DNA of 55,696 nucleotides, filler included, from Catajapyx aquilonaris (taxonomy: Eukaryota), in the NCBI GenBank assembly GCA_000934665.2. It is 3 parts of 3 records of this genome, joined end to end, with 100 filler letters (N's around TTAATTAATTAA, not from the genome) between each part and the next. Parts side by side here need not be neighbours in the genome. Positions count along the whole stretch, not along the records: positions 37,215 to 55,696 come from JYFJ02006690.1; 2 more parts are not named here. One strand, 5' to 3'. The notes beneath the pieces are model-generated. The model did no database searches and had not been told where the DNA came from. It worked only from the letters and a program-made list of their open reading frames with translations. A program made the position numbers and the translations under genes. Positions 48,444-55,696 of this stretch are shown here, in pieces; the first letter of the stretch is position 1; each line of letters opens with the position of its first letter.

Positions 48444-51281
48444 ATCCTGTGAAGAAGACGGAAGGGGACGCTTATCTTCTTTGATATTGTGTGCTGCACG
48501 TTTCATCTTTATTTAGGAGATAAAGCAAAGCCCAGAACAGTTTATAAATTTGATGTGTTTCATTTCCTTAGGACACACCACGATCTATAAATATTCATAG
48601 GTTCCGCAACTCCCTCCCCTTTTGCTTGAGCTTAGTTGATCTCCACCACTCATGATTTGAGACTCTTGTCAGTCCCTGGTCACCAAGGCGCACTTGGGGG
48701 GATGGTGGAGGACCGTGCGAATGTGGTCTGGACCCAGCTGCAGTGGTAAGGACTGTTTGGGTTGGTTCAGAAGTCGTCCACCTAAATCCACCTTGCTGAC
48801 CATGTGCCAAAATTAGGAGTGGCTGAGATCAACTAAGCTCACAGCTGTCTCCATAAGGCTGGAGTAGGAGTTGCAGGGAGCTGGGGCACACAGCATGTTT
48901 TGTTGGGCTCAGGGTTTTTCGCTGCTGTGTTTTGTGCCCCAATTTTATTAGTAATGGGTTTCGGTGTACCGCCACTGGTGCTCTTGAACGAAAATTCCAT
49001 TCATACCATGCCATTGTTATTTTTTCACATTGCTTGAAGTGCATCTAAGCATTCTAAGGGGTCATCCATCTAGGTATTTATGAGTGTGATAACGTGGCTA
49101 CTTCCCACCAGTTTTCTTCTCTCTGTTACAAGGATTGGCATATAATTATGCCGCTCCCCTCAAATTCATCCCATAGCTGATGGTAGTTTCTATTCTGTTC
49201 ATTTTCCCGGAGTCCCACGAAATGAACCTTCAGGCCTCAAGCACTGTTGAAAACATACCGTTCGATCTCTTCCTGGAATGGCAAACTGGGCACAAGCTGT
49301 TCCGAATCCCAGTGCAGGAGGCTTATCCATGCTCTTCTTCGAGAGCTGAAATCCACGGCCCGGCCGGTCCCTATCCTAAAAAAAGCCCATTAATCACAGT
49401 CTGCGGTGGTGGCTGCCTTATTAAAAAGATTTCGCCGAGTGCAGGCCGAGTGCAGTGGGGGGTGAGTGGGGGACACCATTCACCATTGTGACTTCCAACC
49501 GACCAGATGCAGGGCTTTTATCAACAGACCGTGTTCTCAACCAAGTGTAACTAAGTGTGCAAATAGGTGTAAATGATAAATGACGCGAGGAAATTTATAA
49601 CACCAATTAAAACAACATGAAATTTTGGCTAATTCCATTGTCATTCGAGGCAAGTAATGGAGTAACATGATTGGATATTTGGTACAGGCAAATTCTAAAA
49701 TATATGACCCATCTGCAAAAGAAAAACCAATGATTGTCATGTATTGTAATTATCCTTCTCAATTAGATGTACAAAAATTCAAAGAACTTGCAAAATTGCG
49801 TGTCCAAATTAATTGAATTTTCATTAACAAGACTTGCAAAAAAAATTTAGTCAGTAGTACCAAGAGTGGTAGTACAGTAGGCCTACATAAATATTCTCGT
49901 AAACCGGGATCAGCTCTCCTAAAAGAAAGTAGTAAAGCAAAGGGAAAACAACAAGGCCACACCCCACAGCATCAACTACTGTAAAATATTGGTTTTGACT
50001 GAACTCATGTTTAGATACCGGTATATACCTATACTCACATATGATTTGAGAGCACAAGAGATTATTCATCAATCATCAGTCATCAACTCATCATCATGTC
50101 CTGTTTTGACCAGCATTCATTCATATATCTCTTTTATTTGGTTAAAATTATGCTACGACATTTCGTGACCCTTTATCATTTGCAATCCTTTCAAATATAA
50201 GCCTATTTATTTCCTCTACTCTATGAAGATATGCCTTTTTGAAGCTGCTGCTTCCCTAACAGCAATCAATAGGCAAACCAAGGAATGATGAATAATCTGC
50301 TGTATAGTACCAAGAGCTAATAGTATGATATCCTGGAAAGGTAGGCTTATATACAGCATTTATTTTGCCAATCGCAATAAGGATGGTTCTTGATGACATT
50401 TTATTCCCAATATAACGGTGCACATCTTCTCAGATATCTTCTGGTATTCTTTTTAAAAAGTTGGTGAACTTCCGTGAGTTCCTATATGCGTTGTTGATAA
50501 CAGCGCCAGCTTGGATGTTAATTTGCATGGATTATTAAGTAAAATGTAATTAACTTATGTGAAATATTTTCCAATTAGTTCTATATTTGCACATCTAAAT
50601 TAGCCGTAATTACAGGAGTTACATTGATTTGTAATGTCAATTGCGAATGGGTCAGATTATTTAGAATTGCCTGTACCCAATATCCACTGTAACTTGCAGT
50701 GGACAAATCGGGAACAATGGAGGGGATGCATGGGAAAGAAGCGTCAACAATACTGGAAGAAGTCGTGGCTTCTGTGTCTTTATGGTGATATTGCAATGGT
50801 CTACTATCCGGTGTCCCAGGAGAAGAAGTCGGGAAAGCCTGGTGAGCCTGTACAGGTTACTATTGGTATTAGCAAGGAAACAGTCATGTGACTGATGAGT
50901 AAGTTGTACATCGTCAGCAGGAGGAAGACTTTATTAGGCCCCTATTAGGGCCCTATTAGGGCCCTAGTCTGGACAGTGGAAGTAGCCTTACCATTTATAT
51001 GGAAACGTGTTACATACCTCTAGGCGTGCTACCGTGGTATTAGGAAATACCATGGGTATGTTACCTGTGCCGTCCTGGTGCCGTCCAGAGTAGGGCAGCA
51101 AAATGAGTGCATGCCTGCATGTTGCCATGGACTGCACCCAGTCTGCAAAGTTGCAGTGCTAAAATGTACACCACTTGTGGATTTATATGCAGGTGCAGAA
51201 GCTACTTCTGAAATTAAGAATACTGGCTGGCAAGCAGGATTTTTGGTGTGAAAGGCAGTAGATAGTGCCAAGATTGCTTAA

Positions 51282-51989
51282 AGGGACACTCCACTCAAAA
51301 AACATGTTCGGCTCTAACCGAAGCAGGTTGGCATAGTGGATAAGGCGTCCGACTGCTAATCGGGAGGTCCTGGGTTCGAATCCCGGGGCCGGAAACTATG
51401 ACCGTGGTTTTCTGTGGTTTCCCACGGTCCTTCCAGGAAAATTCCGGAGTTGCTTCCGTAATTAATAGGCCACAGCCGCTTCCTTCCGTCCCTATCCTAT
51501 CCCAAAAAGCGCAGTAAAATGAAAGCAAAGAGTTCCAGGCAAAACAAAAAAAACTTCCCCCCTAAAGAGCCGGGTATGAATTACTTATAATTACTACATG
51601 TTTGGCTCTAAAAATCGGGTAAAAAATCCTGAATCCGAAGATGCAATCCGTTTTTCGCTCCGCGGAACTGTAATCCTAGGGCGAGGGGTCAAAGTGGGGA
51701 AATTCAAATAGTGTGCTCGAAGCTGGTCGTCCGCCAGCGACGCCCTCGGGACCTTGGGAACTGGAGGGCTGTTCCCGCCTGCCCGCGCGCTTAGGCCCAT
51801 CCCAGAGCGGTGCAGCCCTCCAGTTCCCCTGTTCCCCGCATGGCGGCGCCACTCATTGGCAGACGACCCACTTTGACACCTCGCCCTGGGATTACCGTTC
51901 CGCGTAGCGAAAAACTAATTGCACCGTCGGATTCAGGATTTTTTGCCCGATTTTTAGAGTCAAGCATGTTTTTTGAGTGGAGTGTCCCT
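51282..51989. mobile_element. Kolobok-like MITE (TTAA TSD, AGGG termini)
   Basis: TTAA|AGGGACACTCCACTCAAAAAACATG ... CATGTTTTTTGAGTGGAGTGTCCCT|TTAA. Confidence 0.88.
51318..51595 (+). mobile_element. tRNA-derived SINE (family D) nested in the MITE
   Basis: A box TGGCATAGTGG, B box GGTTCGAATCC, and 16-bp TSD ACATGTT(C/T)GGCTCTAA (51302-51317 / 51596-51611). Confidence 0.92.
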
Positions 51990-51994
51990 TTAAG

Positions 51995-52367
51995 GGCCAT
52001 TTACATGTGGAAGCTTTATCATACGATCCAGTCGTAAACAGTTTTCTGCCAACCTGAAAATACACGAGAAAGATAGGAAGTTGGAGACAGATCTGAAAAC
52101 CATCCAACCACCTCCAACCTGGTTGACGATCCAACTTCCGGTCGGTCGGACACCAAAGGTTTAGCCCTCTGGACCTTTCTAGTGACCTTTCTGGACCAAC
52201 TTGGGTGACATCATAAAACTAAGATGGCGGAAGGTGGTTGGTCACAAGTGGCAGTTGGATGATTTTCAGATCGGTCTCCAACTTCCTATCTTTCCTGTGT
52301 ATTTTCAGGTAAGTAAAAATTGGTTTGCAATCGGATCGTATGATAAAGTTTCCACATGTAAACGGCC
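51995..52367. mobile_element. Harbinger-like palindromic MITE
   Basis: GGCCATTTACATGTGGAAGCTTTATCATACGATCC ... GGATCGTATGATAAAGTTTCCACATGTAAACGGCC. Confidence 0.85.
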
Positions 52368-53773
52368 GTTTACAGTGCAAGTCCAAGCCCGACAGGGAAA
52401 CCAATGATTCAGTGCTAGCATTTACAGTATTCTAGAATTCCTTCCACCAAGCAGCAGCTGATCAAAAAAATGATGGGAAAAGATGACAATGGGCATAGCT
52501 TGTCAAAGCAAAGCATAACCTCTTTATGGGGGCAGGTAATTAATAGTTAAGGTAGTCAGGTACCTAAATGCGCGGTTACAATCCTGCAACAACAGGCACT
52601 TTTACACTGGAGGGCCAGATGCGCACCAGACACAGTTGCAATGATATGTAGGCATGTTTGTTGGTAGTGAGGCAGATCAAGTAAGTGTATGTAAGCTATA
52701 TTTCTTCATGCCTGGCCCCAAGCATGTATGGCTGTCTAGTGTAAGCCTGCTATCTTGTCAATAATGGAGCACAGTGAAGTGCTCTGAAGCCAGCCAGTGC
52801 CTTGCCAGAATGGTACCTGTATGCACCTCTAAGTCACATGCAGTACCCCTTGACCTGATTGCAAGTTCTCCTGCAAGCGGATGGGTAGTGGGCTACAATG
52901 ACATCCATTTTAGTGTCCTCTCCACAGTGAATGTGAAGTCATTATTTGCATATTGCAACTTGGCAGGATACACTTATTTTGCTGCCTTAGAGCTCTATTA
53001 TTAGGCTGATATCTTAATACTTACTGTCATTTAATAAATACATGTTCACTTTTAGACCTGGTCACATGTGTAACAATTCTCCAGTGGATGGATTCAATGA
53101 AAACAAGATGTGCAGTACAAGTCAGTTGCAGTTTAATGAGTCTGCCATGGCAACACATTTCACCCTGATTGCATAAGTGTGCAACACGACCTTACCACCA
53201 ACTTGAGCTGCATCAGCTGCTGCACCTACTCAAGAGGAGGTACAAGCCAGTTGCATGCTTATTCTATTCCAAAATTGGCTGCATTATATCCAGTGGACAC
53301 ACAGATGGTGAGCATAATTTAAACCCCTTCCCCCAAATGAAAGTCACTTACAAGTTGTTTATGTGGCTGTGCTGTGTATATTAGACATGTGTCATACATC
53401 TTTTTCGCCTAATTATATTATTAACTGTGTGTTTGTATCATAGAACTCCAGGTGGAGTGCATAATGGTCAATCAGGGCCTCGATTGCAGCACGTGTCTGC
53501 CCGTTCTCTGCCATGTTACCCGTACGACATACCCTACGTTGCTATACCTGATTGCAGCCTTTGCTGCATGCAAATTCCTATTCTCTCTGTGTATTTTCAG
53601 ATTGCGTACAACCCACACCACTGCAACCGGTAGCAGTGATCAGTTGACACGTCTAAACGCCCCTTTAGACTGCTTGTGGACTAGAGTGGGTGGCAAAGGG
53701 AAACTATCAGCCTGCATCCACTCTGAAATTGGATAGTAGTCAACACTGTACACCAATGTTTCTCTTCTTACAG

Positions 53774-54047
53774 AATCAAGGATAAAGTAGCTGGTTGCAA
53801 GAGAGGTGAACTTGCTGATGGTGACTGGTTGAGTCAGCAGGAAAGCACACAGTTGGAGCTTGAAGCACCTGTGATGCAGATTGAAGGGACTGACAGTTTG
53901 AGCAGAGGGAGAGGGGGCCCATCAACATGTGAATTGTCTGGCCTCTGCCGAATATGCGGAGAGGGGCTCTTGCTAGTTGAGGACGCCAGCTGTGACCTTC
54001 TTCAAGATGCCCACCGTGAGATGATGCAGCAATACCTAGACATTGAG
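53774..54047 (+). CDS. Internal exon of a probable ZAD (zf-AD) zinc-finger gene; partial
   Basis: Strong acceptor TCTCTTCTTACAG and donor GAG|GTATT. The frame is open: IKDKVAG...GLCRICGEGLLLVEDASCDLLQDAHREMMQQYLDIE, matching the first half of a zf-AD domain. The second CxxC was not found in this window. Confidence 0.55.
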
Positions 54048-54087
54048 GTATTAGTTATACTAGTCACGTCACAAATTCCAATCAGTT

Positions 54088-54335
54088 GGGGGAGGCACGG
54101 TGGCCGAGATGGTAACGTATCGGCTTGCTATGCGAAAGGTCCCGGGTTCAAATCCCCACCCGGGAACAAACGTTTCGCTTGCGTCAATGGGTCGTGACCC
54201 GCGCCTAAGGAGGCGTCTTGGTAACCTGACCTCCTGGGGGACTGCACCTGGCCCACCGCTGGACAATGCACCTGCACATGTGTCCCCTCCCCAAACCCCC
54301 CAACCCTTACCCCATTTCCTAGTAATCCTTGCACC
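54088..54335 (+). mobile_element. tRNA-derived SINE (family C)
   Basis: GGTGGCCGAGATGG...GGTTCAAATCCCC, homologous to 39229-39577. Confidence 0.8.
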
Positions 54336-54450
54336 GGAGTTCGAAGTTAAAACCATTAGAAAACTGTATGGTGGTCTGCCACCCCCCTATAACGACCAAC
54401 TCCCAATAAGAAACGAGAAAAAAATGATAGTAATAAAATATTGACAAAAA

Positions 54451-54751
54451 GGGGAGGGGGAGTGGTGCTGCAGTAACGTATGCGCCCATGGATGGAAGGG
54501 TCCCGGGTTTTATTCCAGCCCGGGGTCTCCCCCCTTCATCTCGTGCAGAGTTGGGTCATCTCTGGCTTTGTCTCAGGTGGAATCTCCGCTAGACTAATCC
54601 ACCTGGGGAGTTCATAAAATGTACCATTTGAGACATTGCACTTTGCATATCCCCTCCCAGTCACCCTTCCCTTGGACCAGGGCGGTTCGTGAAAAGGTTT
54701 CTCCAAAAGGGCCAAAGATGGCCCAGCACAGGGTATTTAAAAAAAAAAAAG
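54451..54751 (+). mobile_element. tRNA-derived SINE (family A)
   Basis: Homologous to 23583-23966, with a poly(A) tail and 12-bp TSD TATTGACAAAAA. Confidence 0.88.
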
Positions 54752-55199
54752 TATTGACAAAAATAAGGACAACCAACCAATGAGAACATTGGGACTCAAT
54801 TGCTGCTACAAAAGCAGAATTGATGAATGTTGAAAAGTTAAGTTCCACTCAATTGATCACTCACATAGTGCTCTCTCCTCCAAACAAGGTTTTTTACATT
54901 CATTTGTGGAATTCGTGGTAGCAATTCTTCTCAGAAGACAATTGATACATATGAAATCATTTTTCAAGGCCACCACTCCAGGCTTCCTCCGAATCCCAGG
55001 ACATTAACTGCATTGACGAAAATTGCACTATAAATATGAGTAAAAAAATAAAACTTATCAGATTAACGCCTAGCTTCAGCAGCAGTGGCCACCATTTTCA
55101 TGAGTGATTTAATTTTCGCACAAAGTCGGATATTAGACACTAGGTGGCTACACCTATTGAGGCCAGATCAACCCCCCGGACACTTCCCCTACAATCTTA

Positions 55200-55432
55200 T
55201 CGCCTGCCGGGGCGTTTTGCATGAGGTGCTCGCCTGAGAGCGCCATGAGACCTTTCACGGAGCTATTATGTGGCAACCCTACCGGACTACGCTGAACTTT
55301 ATAGGTACAAAAGGGAAGCGCTACATGTGGGCCCAACATGGCCGCCGTAGGGTCGCCACATAATAGCTCCATGAAAGGTCTCATGGCGCTCTCATGTGAG
55401 CACCTCATGCAAAACGCCTCGGCAGGCGGTAA
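55200..55432. mobile_element. Palindromic MITE core
   Basis: CGCCTGCCGGGGCGTTTTGCATGAGGTGCTC ... GAGCACCTCATGCAAAACGCCTCGGCAGGCG. Confidence 0.75.
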
Positions 55433-55696
55433 GTGGGAGTGTCCAGACCTTAGTATTCTAAGACCATGGGCCAGATTGTAATCATGGGATACCAACAGAT
55501 TACAGTTCTGTTGGCATCACTAGTTGGCGCCAATTTATTTTTTTTGCTGGTGTTGACATATGACGAAATCAGGTCTCAAGAGGACAGGGCCCTGCAGAGG
55601 GGGGGGCAGCTGGGTACACTTGCCCCGGGCCTCAGTACGGCCAGGGGGCCCCGCCAGGGGCCCCAGGCCAGACTTATTCAACCAGCCGACAGAAAC

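Noticed and set aside
51318..51395. tRNA-Ser(GCT)-like gene (also 45120, 34390, 54095)
   Set aside because: There is no proper acceptor stem, and each continues into a shared SINE body with a tail and TSD, so these are SINE heads.

Overview
Eukaryotic, most likely insect/arthropod, genomic DNA made of three contigs joined by 100-nt artificial spacers (N-run + TTAATTAATTAA + N-run at 18554-18653 and 37115-37214). Contig 1 has a noisy, repeat-rich start (1-6 kb) followed by a compact, CpG-rich minus-strand cluster with mostly 52-62 nt introns: two tandem F-box/LRR paralogues, JTB and GSTCD. The JTB stop codon lies only 6 nt before, and in frame with, the GSTCD ATG, which points to a dicistronic or readthrough unit. 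Tandem arrays rich in DRE/E2F-YY1 motifs and octamer motifs lie next to these genes. Contig 2 holds a minus-strand MBD-domain gene with large introns full of MITEs. Contig 3 holds PAIP1 (+) and an exon of a probable ZAD zinc-finger gene (+). The introns carry many MITEs (Tc1/mariner, pogo/Tigger, hAT, TTAA-type, Harbinger-like), decayed transposases and tRNA-derived SINEs that share a 3' stem-loop tail. All gene models were spliced by hand from GT-AG sites and reading frames. Family assignments come from recognised motifs, not from database searches.
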